A stretch of 53,855 bases of DNA from Acidimicrobiaceae bacterium (lineage in GTDB: Bacteria > Actinomycetota > Acidimicrobiia > Acidimicrobiales > Bog-793): the NCBI GenBank assembly GCA_027306925.1, contig DAHUXW010000100.1:1-53855 (forward strand), given 5' to 3'. The position numbers and the translations under genes were made by a program. Below, piece by piece: positions 8,229 through 18,634 of the stretch (positions are counted from its first letter, which is position 1; every line of letters starts with the position of its first letter). The notes beneath the pieces are model-generated. The model saw nothing but the letters and a program-made list of their open reading frames with translations, searched no databases and was not told the origin of the DNA.

Positions 8229-9170
8229 ATGTCTCCGGAACGATCGATTTTTTCGATCACAGGAGACGTCACCCTCACGGAGCTCCACGCGCTCGTCGCG
8301 GTCGCCGACCTCGGGACGTTCCGCGGTGCGGCGCTCGAGCTCGGCTACACGCAGTCGGCGCTGTCGCACCAGGTCGCGAACCTCGAGCGCAAGCTCGGCC
8401 ACGAGCTGTTCAGCCGGCCCGGGGGCCGGGGCGCCGTGAAGCTCACGGTCGCCGGGCACGCCGCGTACCGCCGCGCGCGGCGCGCGATCGGCGAGGCCGA
8501 CGCGATCCGGGCGGAGATCGAGGCCGCGGAGCGGGGCAGCCGGACGCGGGTCCGCATCGGGGTCTCCCAGACGACCGCGTCGGAGATCATGCCCGCGGCG
8601 CTGCGCGAGTTCCGGGAGCTCCACGCGGGTGTCGAGGTCGTCCTCTCGGCGATCGACACGGACGAGCAGGTGATCTCTGAGCTGAGCCGCGGCGGGCTCG
8701 AGCTCGGGTTCGTCCACGACCTCACGCCCGACGACCGGGTCGAGATGACTGCGATCACCGAGGATCCCTGGGTCGTGCTCACGCGGCGCGACAGCGAGGT
8801 CGCCGCGCTCTCCCGGCTCAGCTTCGACGACCTCGACGGCCTCGAGGTCGTCGCGTGGACGCGACGCTGGCGCGGCCAGATCGCGCTCGAGGAGGCGTGG
8901 GCGAGGCGCGGGATCGCGCCGCGCATCGTCTACCGGACGGACGACAACCTCGCGCTCCAGCGGCTCGTCGCCGCGGGGCTCGGCCACGCGTGCGTCGGGT
9001 GGCTGAGCGCCCGGCGCGCGATCGACCCGGCGCTCACGTGGCTCGTGCCCACCGAGCACGTGGCCCCCCGCCCGGTCGTGCTCTGCCACGCGCGCCGTCG
9101 GGAGCTCACCGCGACGCTCGCCGCCCTCGCCGCGGCGATCCGCGACCAGGCGCCCCGGCCCGAGCGGTGA
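8229..9170 (+). CDS. LysR family transcriptional regulator
   Basis: HTH GTFRGAALELGYTQSALSHQVANLE. A TATCGT -10 box 6 nt before the ATG suggests a leaderless transcript. Confidence 0.93.
   Translation: MSPERSIFSITGDVTLTELHALVAVADLGTFRGAALELGYTQSALSHQVANLERKLGHELFSRPGGRGAVKLTVAGHAAYRRARRAIGEADAIRAEIEAAERGSRTRVRIGVSQTTASEIMPAALREFRELHAGVEVVLSAIDTDEQVISELSRGGLELGFVHDLTPDDRVEMTAITEDPWVVLTRRDSEVAALSRLSFDDLDGLEVVAWTRRWRGQIALEEAWARRGIAPRIVYRTDDNLALQRLVAAGLGHACVGWLSARRAIDPALTWLVPTEHVAPRPVVLCHARRRELTATLAALAAAIRDQAPRPER
8242..8258. promoter_or_regulatory. LysR-type T-N11-A operator
   Basis: Perfect dyad GATCGA-TTTTT-TCGATC with T8244-N11-A8256, at the divergent MFS/LysR junction. Confidence 0.6.
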
Positions 9171-9260
9171 GCGCGTTCGGCCGCACGGACGCGACCTGCG
9201 AGCGACGCGACCCGAGCCCTGCCGGGCTCCCGTCCGGTTGCGTCCGCGCCGCGGCCCGCC

Positions 9261-9875
9261 TCACGCCCTTTCCGGGTCGTACGCGCGTCCGCCGGCGTCG
9301 ATCCAGCGCGCGCCGACCGGCGGCGTCCAGCGCTCCATGGCGTCGAGGAGGGGATCCGGGTGCGCGTCCGTGAGGACGATCCCGCGGTGCTCGTCGCGCA
9401 GGAACCGCTCGTCGACCGCGTGGTCGAGGAAGCCGAGGAGCCGGTCGTAGTAGCCGAGGACGTTCAGCAGGCCCGTCGGCTTCGCGTGCAGGCCCAGCTT
9501 CGACCAGGTCGTGACCTCGGCGAACTCCTCGAGGGTCCCGATCCCACCCGGCGGCGCGACGAAGCCGTCGGACAGCTCGGCCATGAGCGCCTTGCGCTCG
9601 TGCATCGAGCCGACGACGTGCAGCTCGCTCAGGCCCGGGTGCGCGAGCTCCGCGTCGAGCAGCTGTCGCGGGATCACCCCCACGACCTCCCCGCCGGCGG
9701 CGAGCGCCGCGTCGGCGAGCATGCCCATCATCCCGACGCGTGCGCCTCCGTAGACGACGCGCACCTCGCGCGCGACGAGCGCGAGCGCGAGCGCGACCGC
9801 TCCGTCCGCGTACTCGGGGCGCCGGCCCGGGTTGGACCCGCAGAAGACAGCGACCGATCGCACGGCGCAGATCAT
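9261..9875 (-). CDS. LOG family nucleotide phosphoribohydrolase (TIGR00730-type)
   Basis: VFCGS, VYGG..GMMG, MHERK and PGGIGTLEE motifs. Confidence 0.92.
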   Translation of the reverse strand: MICAVRSVAVFCGSNPGRRPEYADGAVALALALVAREVRVVYGGARVGMMGMLADAALAAGGEVVGVIPRQLLDAELAHPGLSELHVVGSMHERKALMAELSDGFVAPPGGIGTLEEFAEVTTWSKLGLHAKPTGLLNVLGYYDRLLGFLDHAVDERFLRDEHRGIVLTDAHPDPLLDAMERWTPPVGARWIDAGGRAYDPERA

Positions 9876-9921
9876 CGCTCGCCGGGGCTCGTGCGCGTGC
9901 GCACGCCCGGCGAGCCGCGCG

Positions 9922-10689
9922 TCACGAGGCCGGCGCGCTCGCCTGCGCGACGACGGGTCCGACCGGTGCGACGACGGGCTCGGGGTGCACGACCGAGCGT
10001 CCCCACTCGACCGCGCGCCCGCCGCGCCGCATCACCCTCGTGAAGCCGACTATCGACCAGACGATCGCCGCGGTCGTGAGCCCCCAGCTCACCGCCGTCC
10101 GCTCGAGGACGAAGGCGCCGACCGAGCTCGTGAGGAGCAGCCAGAGCACCAAGCCGGCGTTCGCGAGGAGCGCGAAGGCCCAGACCAGCGATATCCGGAC
10201 GAAGAAGCGGTGCACGATCGGCTGGTCGAGCACCGTCGCGTCGATCGGGCAGAAGTCGTGCGCGAAGCGCTGGGTGAACGGGCGACGCAGCGCCGCCGAC
10301 ACGACGAGGAGCGCCGAGGCGCCGACGGTCGTGGCGAGCGGCTGGATGAAGTAGACGAACGCGCTCCCCGTCGCGAACGCGACGGCCGTGCGGGCGGTGA
10401 GGAGCACGGTGCCGAGGAGCAGGAGGCTCGAGACACGCTCGCGGCGGCGGACTCGCCGAGCGAGCGCGAGGTACGACCAGCAGAGGGCCGCGATCAGCGC
10501 CACACGAAAGCCGGCAAGCACGAGCGCGCCGTAGAAGAGCGCCATCGGCGCGACGACGCCCTCGGCGACGATCGGGATCGCGTGGCGCACGGCCTCGCGC
10601 GGCCGAGGCATGTGCACGGTCGTGTCGTCGCAGTGGATCGAGAACGCGGCTGGAGACGCGCCACGCGACCTGCAGTCGGCGCTCGGCAT
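9922..10689 (-). CDS. Multi-pass membrane protein (VC0807-like family)
   Basis: About 6 TM segments with YFIQP and RPFTQRFAHDFCP motifs. Start uncertain. Confidence 0.65.
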   Translation of the reverse strand: MPSADCRSRGASPAAFSIHCDDTTVHMPRPREAVRHAIPIVAEGVVAPMALFYGALVLAGFRVALIAALCWSYLALARRVRRRERVSSLLLLGTVLLTARTAVAFATGSAFVYFIQPLATTVGASALLVVSAALRRPFTQRFAHDFCPIDATVLDQPIVHRFFVRISLVWAFALLANAGLVLWLLLTSSVGAFVLERTAVSWGLTTAAIVWSIVGFTRVMRRGGRAVEWGRSVVHPEPVVAPVGPVVAQASAPAS

Positions 10690-10828
10690 GGCCGGTCGTC
10701 CCTCTGTCCGTGATCGGACGCCCACCCGGGCTGCGGCGGTAACAGAGCAGCGGAGGTCCGTCTCCGCGCTGGCGACAGTCTACGGGGCCGGAGGCCCGAT
10801 CCGCGCGCGCGGCCTCCGTGGGAGCCGA

Positions 10829-11602
10829 TCAGCGCGGCAGCACGACACCGGTGAGCCCCGCGCAAGCCGCGAGCAGGCCCTCTTGGACGTCCGACTCGTA
10901 GGCGGTGTCGTTCGCGCGGCGCTCGCGGCGGCCCTTGAAGTAGCGGCCGGTGACGTCCGCCGCGGCCTCGTCGCTCGTCGCGAGCCACACCTGGGTGTCG
11001 GCCCCTTCCGCGAGCCCCCCGGGCGCCGCGGGCCCGCCCATGCGCGTCCGTATCCATCCGGGATCGACCGCGTTCGAGCGCACGCGGGGCCACAGGCGCG
11101 CGATCGCGAACGCGAGCACCACGTCGCAGAGCTTCGAGTCGCTGTAGGCCTGGAGGCCGTCGAAGCGGCCGCGCTCGTGCTGCAGGTCGGCGAAGTCGAC
11201 CCGACCCTCCGCCTCGAGCCCGGAGGTCAGGTAGACGAGGCGCGACGGACGCGCCATGAGCGCGGTGAGCAGGTACGGCGCGACGACGTTCACCTGGAAG
11301 ATGAGGTCGAGGCCGTCGGCGGTCCTCGTGCGCTCCTCCCCACGTCCGCCCACGCCCGCGTTGTGGACGACCGCGTCGAACGGCCCGCTCGCGTCGGCCG
11401 CCGCGGCGAGCTCACGCGTCTCGGCCATCGACGCGAGGTCGCCGATGACCACGGCCGCGGCGTCGGGCACGGCCCCGACCGCGTGGGCGGCCCGCTCCTC
11501 GCTCCGCGCGTGGAGCACGACCCGGTGGCCGAGCGCAGCGAGGTCCGACGCGGTCCGCCGGCCGATCCCGTCGGTCGATCCCGTCACGAGCACCGTCGCC
11601 AT
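10829..11602 (-). CDS. Short-chain dehydrogenase/reductase
   Basis: TGSTDGIG, HNAG and YSDSK (YxxxK) motifs. Confidence 0.92.
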   Translation of the reverse strand: MATVLVTGSTDGIGRRTASDLAALGHRVVLHARSEERAAHAVGAVPDAAAVVIGDLASMAETRELAAAADASGPFDAVVHNAGVGGRGEERTRTADGLDLIFQVNVVAPYLLTALMARPSRLVYLTSGLEAEGRVDFADLQHERGRFDGLQAYSDSKLCDVVLAFAIARLWPRVRSNAVDPGWIRTRMGGPAAPGGLAEGADTQVWLATSDEAAADVTGRYFKGRRERRANDTAYESDVQEGLLAACAGLTGVVLPR

Positions 11603-11710
11603 CGATCCCCCCAACCTGCGCACGAACGGTGCACACCGTACCGGGCGGGGCGCCGCGGGGCCGCCGTAGGCGCGCGGATGCACGCGTCGCACGGGGCGCG
11701 CCTGCGATGA

Positions 11711-13585
11711 TTGTCGGCCGTGTCCGCGATCCCGGCCGAGCTGGCCGACGCTGCGCGCCTCGAGCGCACCCGACGGGTCGCCTCGGTGCTCGTCTTCGTC
11801 GCCGGCGCGGCGAACCTCGCATCGGCCGCGACACCGCCGATGCGCGCGGGGCTGCACCTCGTGCTCGAGCTCGAGCCGCTCGTCGTGTCGCAGACCGCCG
11901 CCGCGCTCGTCGCGCTCGCCGCGCTGGTCCTGCTCTCGCTCGCGCGCGGCGTGCGCAGGGGCCAGCGCCAGGCATGGCTCGTGTCGAGCGCGCTGCTCGG
12001 CGGGTCGGCGCTTCTCCACCTCGTGAAGGGCGTGGAGCTCGCGGACTCGTCGCTCTGTCTCGGCGTGCTCCTCTGGCTCGTCGCGCACCGTCGCTCGTTC
12101 ACGACCGCGGTCGACCGGCCGTCGCGGGCCCTCGCGCTGCGCGGGCTGCTCGCGGGCGTCGCGCTCACGACCGCGCTCGCGACCGCCGCGGTCGAGGTCT
12201 CGCTGCTGTTCGACCCCGACATCAACCCGATCCCGCCCCAGCGGGCATTCGCGGCCGTCGCCGAGCGGCTCGCGGGGTTCCGCACGATCCCCCTGCCCGC
12301 ACGCCTCGACGACTTCCTCTCGCCCAGCCTGCTCGCGGCCGGCCTCGGCCTCGCGTGCGTCGCGCTCGTCCTCGTCTCGCGTCCGGTCGTCGACCGCCGG
12401 CGGCGGGCCGGGAACGGCTCGAGGACCCGGGCGCGCGACCTCGTCCGCCGCCACGGCGCCGGGACCCTCGACTACTTCGCGCTCCGCGACGACAAGCAGC
12501 ACTTCTTCGACGGCGAGACGCTCGTGACCTACGCGGTCTACGGCGGCGTGTGCCTCGTCTCCCCGGACCCGATCGGACCCGGGGCCGAGCGCGCCCGGGC
12601 CTGGGACCGGTTCTGCCGATTCGCGGACTCGCGCGGCTGGTGCGTCGCCGTGCTCGGCGCGGGAGACGAGTGGCTCGAGACCTACCGGACCGCTGGCATG
12701 CGCGACATCTACGTCGGCGACGAGGCGATCGTCGACCTGTCGACCTTCGAGCTCGACGGCGGCAGGAGCAAGGGGCTCCGCCAGGCGGTGAACCGAATCG
12801 CGCGCAACGGCTACACGGTCACGTTCCACGACCCCGGCCGGTGCGACCCGGAGGTCTCGGCGGCGCTGCGCGAGGTCATGACGAAGAGCCGCCGCGGTGG
12901 GCGGGAGCGCGGCTTCTCGATGACGCTCGGCCGCCTGTTCGACCCCGAGGACGTGGACCTGCTGATCGCGGTCGCGCACGCTCCCGACGGGCGGCCGGTC
13001 GCGTTCTGCCAGTACGTGCCCGCTCCGGGGATCGACGGCTACTCGCTCGACCTCATGCGCCGGGACGACGGGGAGCACCCGAACGGGCTGCTCGACTTCG
13101 TCATCGTCTCGACGATCGCCCACCTGCGCGCCCGGGGCATGCGCGCCCTCGGGCTGAACTTCGCGACGATGCGGGCGGTCCTCGCCGGCGAAGGCGAGGA
13201 CTGCGTGCGGCTCCGCCTCACTCGGTGGGCCGTCCGCCGGATGTCCGGCTCGATGCAGATCGAGTCGCTCTGGCGGTTCAACGCGAAGTACCACCCGCGC
13301 TGGCTCGGCCGCCACGTCGTCTATCGGGCCCCCGAGCACCTTCCCGCGGTCGCCGTCGCGATCGCGAGGGCGGAGTCCTTCTGGGAGCTCCCGGTCGTCG
13401 GGCGCTTCCTCGCAGGTGAGCGCTCCCGCGAACGACCGGCGCGGGGTCTCGAGCGGGACATGCGGCCGGGACGTCGGGACGTGCGGCCAAGACGGCGTGC
13501 CGCGCACCGCCGCCTCGGCTCCGGTGTGCGGCACGCCGCGACGGACGGCGCAGCGCGGGCCGGATCCGTCCCCCGGCTACCGTGA
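11711..13585 (+). CDS. MprF/LysX-like aminoacyl-phosphatidylglycerol synthase (membrane domain plus DUF2156)
   Basis: N-terminal TM region, then TLDYFALRDDK, ERGFSMTLGR, SLDLMRR..HPNG and SLWRFNAKY. Confidence 0.88.
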   Translation: MSAVSAIPAELADAARLERTRRVASVLVFVAGAANLASAATPPMRAGLHLVLELEPLVVSQTAAALVALAALVLLSLARGVRRGQRQAWLVSSALLGGSALLHLVKGVELADSSLCLGVLLWLVAHRRSFTTAVDRPSRALALRGLLAGVALTTALATAAVEVSLLFDPDINPIPPQRAFAAVAERLAGFRTIPLPARLDDFLSPSLLAAGLGLACVALVLVSRPVVDRRRRAGNGSRTRARDLVRRHGAGTLDYFALRDDKQHFFDGETLVTYAVYGGVCLVSPDPIGPGAERARAWDRFCRFADSRGWCVAVLGAGDEWLETYRTAGMRDIYVGDEAIVDLSTFELDGGRSKGLRQAVNRIARNGYTVTFHDPGRCDPEVSAALREVMTKSRRGGRERGFSMTLGRLFDPEDVDLLIAVAHAPDGRPVAFCQYVPAPGIDGYSLDLMRRDDGEHPNGLLDFVIVSTIAHLRARGMRALGLNFATMRAVLAGEGEDCVRLRLTRWAVRRMSGSMQIESLWRFNAKYHPRWLGRHVVYRAPEHLPAVAVAIARAESFWELPVVGRFLAGERSRERPARGLERDMRPGRRDVRPRRRAAHRRLGSGVRHAATDGAARAGSVPRLP

Positions 13586-13590
13586 CCCGG

Positions 13591-14691
13591 ATGGCTCGCC
13601 GGGGCGCGCACCGCAGGACCGTCGTGCGAGAGGCGCGTCTCCGCCGGATCGTCGTCGCGGTCGCCGGGCTCGCGGTCGTCGTCGGCGGGAGCGTCGTGTT
13701 CGCCGTGACCCGGAGCCCGAAGCCCGCCGCGCACCCGGCCACGACGACAACGTCGACCTCGACGTCGACGACCTCCGCGCCGTCCGCCCGGTGCCCGCTC
13801 ACCGACCTCCCCGCCCCCCACGGCGTGCCGAACCGCCCGGCGCTCGCGGTGAAGGTCGGCAACGAGCCCGAAGGCGCACGACCGCAGAGCGGTCTCAACG
13901 AGGCAGACGTCGTCTACGACACCCCGGCCGAGGGATTCGTCATGCGGTACATCGCGGTGTTCCAGTGCGAGGGCGCTTCGATGATCGGCCCGACACGGTC
14001 ACTTCGCTGGGTCGACTGGCACATCATGGCCGAGTACGGGCACCCGATCCTCGCGTTCGCGGGCGGGATCAACCCCGACGTCGACACCGTCATGGCGCTC
14101 GGCTGGCTGCACCCGGCGAACCTGCTCGAGGGCGCGCAGGCCGCGGCGGTCCGCACCTCGGACCGGCTACCGCCGGACAACCTCTACACGAGCACGTCCG
14201 CGCTGTACTCGATGTTCCGCACGGCGACGGGGGCGCCACGCCCGGTCTTCACGTTCTCGAGCGCGCGACCGCGCGACGCGACGCCCGCGAAGTCGATCGA
14301 GATCTACTTCTCCTACGGCACCGACGTCCTGTGGAAGTGGGACGCGACGTCCCGCTCGTGGCTGCACACGTACGCGGGCACACCGGACGTCGACGCGCTC
14401 ACCGGGCGGCCGGTCACCGCGGCGAATGTCGTCGTCGAGGTCGTCCACTACACCTACGGGCCCTACGTCGAGAGCCCCGGCAGCACCGGCGACGTCGAGA
14501 GCGAGACCGTCGGGAGCGGCACGGGGTACGTGCTGCGCGACGGCGTGGCGGTGAAGGTCACGTGGCACCGGCCGGCACCGTCGGACCCGACGACCTACAC
14601 CGACTCAGCCGGGCACCTTGTCGCGCTCACCCCGGGACGCACGTGGGTCGAGATCGTCCCGTTCGGCACGAAGATCGCGCTCACGCCCTGA
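13591..14691 (+). CDS. DUF3048 (YerB-like) membrane-anchored protein
   Basis: TM segment, Thr linker, then CPLT, LAVKVGN..ARPQSGLNEADVVY and LTPGRTWVEIVP. Leaderless TACCGT-N7-ATG. Confidence 0.88.
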   Translation: MARRGAHRRTVVREARLRRIVVAVAGLAVVVGGSVVFAVTRSPKPAAHPATTTTSTSTSTTSAPSARCPLTDLPAPHGVPNRPALAVKVGNEPEGARPQSGLNEADVVYDTPAEGFVMRYIAVFQCEGASMIGPTRSLRWVDWHIMAEYGHPILAFAGGINPDVDTVMALGWLHPANLLEGAQAAAVRTSDRLPPDNLYTSTSALYSMFRTATGAPRPVFTFSSARPRDATPAKSIEIYFSYGTDVLWKWDATSRSWLHTYAGTPDVDALTGRPVTAANVVVEVVHYTYGPYVESPGSTGDVESETVGSGTGYVLRDGVAVKVTWHRPAPSDPTTYTDSAGHLVALTPGRTWVEIVPFGTKIALTP

Positions 14692-14776
14692 TCGCGCGCG
14701 CCGCGGGCCGCCACCGGCGACCGTCCACGGTCGCGGCGCCCGCCATCGGGCGCGCCCCTCGCAGCGGGCTGCGGCC

Positions 14777-15205
14777 TCAGGCCGCCCGGCCGGCTCCCGG
14801 CGCCTTCCCGGGAGCGTCGTGCGCGGCCGAGAGCTCCGCGGCGATCGCGTCGAGCACGCTCCACGCGCCGTCGAAGTAGCGCTCGGCGCTCACGAGGAGC
14901 CGGGGCGCGTGCCGCGCGGGGCGCAGCCCGACCTCGCCGAAGTGCGAGCTGTACGGGTTGAGATCGACCTCGACGCGGAGCTTGCCGGGAAGGATGCCGG
15001 GGAAGCTGAGCACGCCGGAGAAGCTCCGGTACTGAGCGTCGTCGACGAAGATCGGTTCGAGGATCGTGAGCGTCACCCCACCGGCGCCGGTGACCGTCGC
15101 GGGGAGCTGCGCGGCGGGCAGCTCGGACGCCGCGACGTCGACCCTGCGGGACACGTACCAGCTGATGCCGCGCTCGGTTCCGTACTCGTCCTCGGTGATC
15201 GCCAC
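14777..15205 (-). CDS. Hypothetical protein (142 aa)
   Basis: GTG after an AGGAGG SD; protein-like composition unlike the Arg/Pro-rich shadow ORFs. Confidence 0.65.
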   Translation of the reverse strand: MAITEDEYGTERGISWYVSRRVDVAASELPAAQLPATVTGAGGVTLTILEPIFVDDAQYRSFSGVLSFPGILPGKLRVEVDLNPYSSHFGEVGLRPARHAPRLLVSAERYFDGAWSVLDAIAAELSAAHDAPGKAPGAGRAA

Positions 15206-15498
15206 GACCGCCCTCCTACCTGCCGCCCGATGGCTCGCCCACCGGGGTCTTCTCCTACCTAGTATCGGCACGCAGGGAACATCTGTCCAACAGTTCCTAT
15301 CTATATGTGACATCGTTCTGTCAGATATCATCTCGCCGGACACGGTGCACCACCGAGCGTGCCCGCACGGCCGCCCGACGCCCCGACCGCGCGCGATGGC
15401 CCCGACCGGGAGGCGCGCTGCGCCGGCCTCGACGGGCGGGTTCGGGAGCCCGCCCACGCGCGACCCTGGGCTCGCGGCGATCTGCCGCCGCGGAAGCG

Positions 15499-16941
15499 TC
15501 AGCGGTGCGCGGCAGCGAGCGCGGCGGAGCCCGGCACCCGGGTCGGGTACTCCCCGGTCAGGCACGCCGAGCAGAAGCCCTCGCCGCCGGCGCCGATGGC
15601 CGCGACGAGCCCTTCGAGGGACAAGTACGCGACCGAGTCGGCTCCGAGATGGGCGGTGATCTCGCCCACCGTCATGTTCGCAGCGATGAGCTCGCGGCGG
15701 TCGGGGGTTGCGATCCCGTAGAAGCAGGGCCAGCGAAACGGCGGCGACGAGATCCTGAGGTGGACCTCGCGCGCGCCCGCCTCGCGCAGCATCCGCACCA
15801 TCTGGCGGGTCGTCGTGCCGCGCACGATCGAGTCGTCGACGACGACGAGACGCCTTCCGGACACGCTCTCGCGCAGCGGGTTGAGCTTGCGGCGCACGCC
15901 GTCGACGCGCGCCTGGTGGGTGGGCGCGATGAACGTGCGGCCGATGTAGCGGTTCTTCACGAGCCCCTGGCCGAACGGGAGACCGCTTCGCGCCGCGAAG
16001 CCCTCCGCGGCGGGAACGCCGGAGTCCGGGACGCCGATGACGAGATCCGCGTCGACCGGCGCCTCGAGCGCGAGCTGCTCGCCCATCCGGTGCCGGGCCG
16101 CGTGGACCTCGTGACCCAACAGTCGCGAGTCGGGCCGGGCGAAGTAGACGAACTCGAAGATGCACAGCTTCGGGTCGACGCGCTCGGCGGGGAACGGGCG
16201 GAACGAACGAGGCCCGCCCGCGTCGATCACGACCATCTCCCCGGGCTCGATCTCCCGGACGAGGTGGGCGCCGACGATGTCGAGCGCCGGCGTCTCGGAC
16301 GCGATCACCCAGCCACCCTCGGGCGCCCCGGGCACCGGGTCGAGCCGCCCGAGGCACAGCGGCCGGAAGCCGTTCGGGTCCCGCACCCCCACGAGATGGG
16401 TCGCGTCGAGCAGGCCGAAGGCGAACGCGCCCTCGAGGTCCGGGAGCACCTCGAGCAGCGCCTGCTCGAGGTCGGGATCGGCACCGTCTCCGACGTGGTC
16501 GACGGTCGGGAACGCCCGCGAGACGAGCTCACCGACGAGCTCGCTGTCCGAGGTGACGATCCCGGGCAGCATGCCGGCGGACTCCGCGAGCGCCTCGACG
16601 TTCGTCAAGTTGCCGTTGTGGCCGAGCGCGAATCCCGCGTTGCCGACGGACCGGTAGACGGGCTGCGCGTTCTGCCAGGTGCTCGGGCCCGTCGTCGAGT
16701 ACCGCACGTGACCGAGCGCGACGTGACCCTGGAGCGACGCGAGCGTCCGCGCGTCGAACACGGACGTGACGAGGCCCATGTCCTTCACGACCGTCACGGT
16801 GTCGCCGTCGCTCACCGCCATGCCCGCGGACTCCTGTCCACGGTGCTGGAGCGCGAACAGGCCGTCGAAGACGAGGTGGGGCACGTCGAAACCGGGCGCG
16901 TAGACGCCGAACACGCCGCAGGCTTCCTTCACCTGTCCCAT
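15499..16941 (-). CDS. purF: Amidophosphoribosyltransferase
   Basis: EAC-GVFG Ntn nucleophile, QHRGQES, GHVRYST, PRPP motif VVDDSIVRGTT, Fe-S cysteines (CIFE, PCFYG, CSAC). Start may instead be the GTG at 16932. Confidence 0.97.
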   Translation of the reverse strand: MGQVKEACGVFGVYAPGFDVPHLVFDGLFALQHRGQESAGMAVSDGDTVTVVKDMGLVTSVFDARTLASLQGHVALGHVRYSTTGPSTWQNAQPVYRSVGNAGFALGHNGNLTNVEALAESAGMLPGIVTSDSELVGELVSRAFPTVDHVGDGADPDLEQALLEVLPDLEGAFAFGLLDATHLVGVRDPNGFRPLCLGRLDPVPGAPEGGWVIASETPALDIVGAHLVREIEPGEMVVIDAGGPRSFRPFPAERVDPKLCIFEFVYFARPDSRLLGHEVHAARHRMGEQLALEAPVDADLVIGVPDSGVPAAEGFAARSGLPFGQGLVKNRYIGRTFIAPTHQARVDGVRRKLNPLRESVSGRRLVVVDDSIVRGTTTRQMVRMLREAGAREVHLRISSPPFRWPCFYGIATPDRRELIAANMTVGEITAHLGADSVAYLSLEGLVAAIGAGGEGFCSACLTGEYPTRVPGSAALAAAHR

Positions 16942-17003
16942 TCTGCCATCGCCGGCCCGGTCGTCGTACGTTCCCGCGGAGCATGCCCGATACCCTGGGG
17001 CGC

Positions 17004-17855
17004 GTGATCGACCTCCACAGCCACTCGACCTTCTCGGACGGCTCGGAGAGTCCCGAGCGCGTCGTCGAGCTCGCGGCATCGGCCGGATGCACGGCCGTGG
17101 CGCTCACGGACCATGACGGCACGGGCGGGCTCGAGCGGGCGACCGCGCGGGCTCGACAGCTCGGGATACATCTCATATCGGGATGCGAGGTGTCGTGCGC
17201 GTACTCACCCGGGACGATGCACGTGCTCTGCTACCACGTCCCCGCGTCGGGGGGTCCGCTCCAGGAGGAGCTCGCCAGGTTGCGCAACGACCGCGAACGG
17301 CGCAACGAGACAATGGCACGCAAGCTCGCGGACCTCGGCCTGCCCGTCACCTACGAGGAGGTGGTCGCCGAGGCCGGCGGCGTCGGGGTCGGCCGCCCGC
17401 ACTTCGCGGCCGTGCTCGTGCGTAAGGGCGTCGTCTCGTCCGTGCAGGAGGCCTTCGACTCCTACCTCGCGAAGGGCACGCCGGGCTACGTGAGCAAGGC
17501 GCGAATCGAGGTCGAGACCGTCGTCGACCTCGCGCGCCGGTCGGGCGGCGTGGCGGTGCTCGCGCACCCGCTCTCCCTCGGGCTCGAGCGTCAGAGCCTG
17601 GCCGCCGAGCTCCAGCGCCTCGCGGAGCTCGGCCTCGCCGGCGTCGAGTGCTACTACGGCCGCTACGACCCGGAGACGCGGGCCGAGCTCGCCGCGCTCG
17701 CGTCCCGCCTCGGACTCGTCGCGACGGGCGGCTCCGACTTCCACGGAACCTACAAGCCGGACCTCTCCATGGGCACGGGGACCGGCGACCTCACGGTCCC
17801 CGACACGGCCGTCGAGGAGCTCGCGGCACGCCGGCCTCCGGCCGACCCGGGTTGA
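17004..17855 (+). CDS. PHP domain phosphoesterase (TrpH/YciV-like)
   Basis: IDLHSHSTFSDG, ALTDHD, GRPH, LAHP and GGSDFHG motifs. Leaderless TACCCT-N7-GTG. Confidence 0.92.
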   Translation: MIDLHSHSTFSDGSESPERVVELAASAGCTAVALTDHDGTGGLERATARARQLGIHLISGCEVSCAYSPGTMHVLCYHVPASGGPLQEELARLRNDRERRNETMARKLADLGLPVTYEEVVAEAGGVGVGRPHFAAVLVRKGVVSSVQEAFDSYLAKGTPGYVSKARIEVETVVDLARRSGGVAVLAHPLSLGLERQSLAAELQRLAELGLAGVECYYGRYDPETRAELAALASRLGLVATGGSDFHGTYKPDLSMGTGTGDLTVPDTAVEELAARRPPADPG

Positions 17856-17959
17856 CGCGGGCGCGCGGCAGCGCGCGTTAGTTGAGAGAGCTGCTCCCCG
17901 AACGGGGCCGCTTGTAGGATCGGAGCGGCGGTGCCGGCCGGCCTCGGGGAGGCGTGCGG

Positions 17960-18626
<667 letters not shown>

Positions 18627-18634
<8 letters not shown>

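Noticed and set aside
10829-13534. 901-aa ORF that looks like a large SDR fusion
   Set aside because: Only the last 257 aa are SDR; the rest is the antisense shadow of the MprF-like gene. The same applies to 6831-9089, 14777-16357, 30672-33326 and many Arg/Pro-rich ORFs in this GC-rich DNA.
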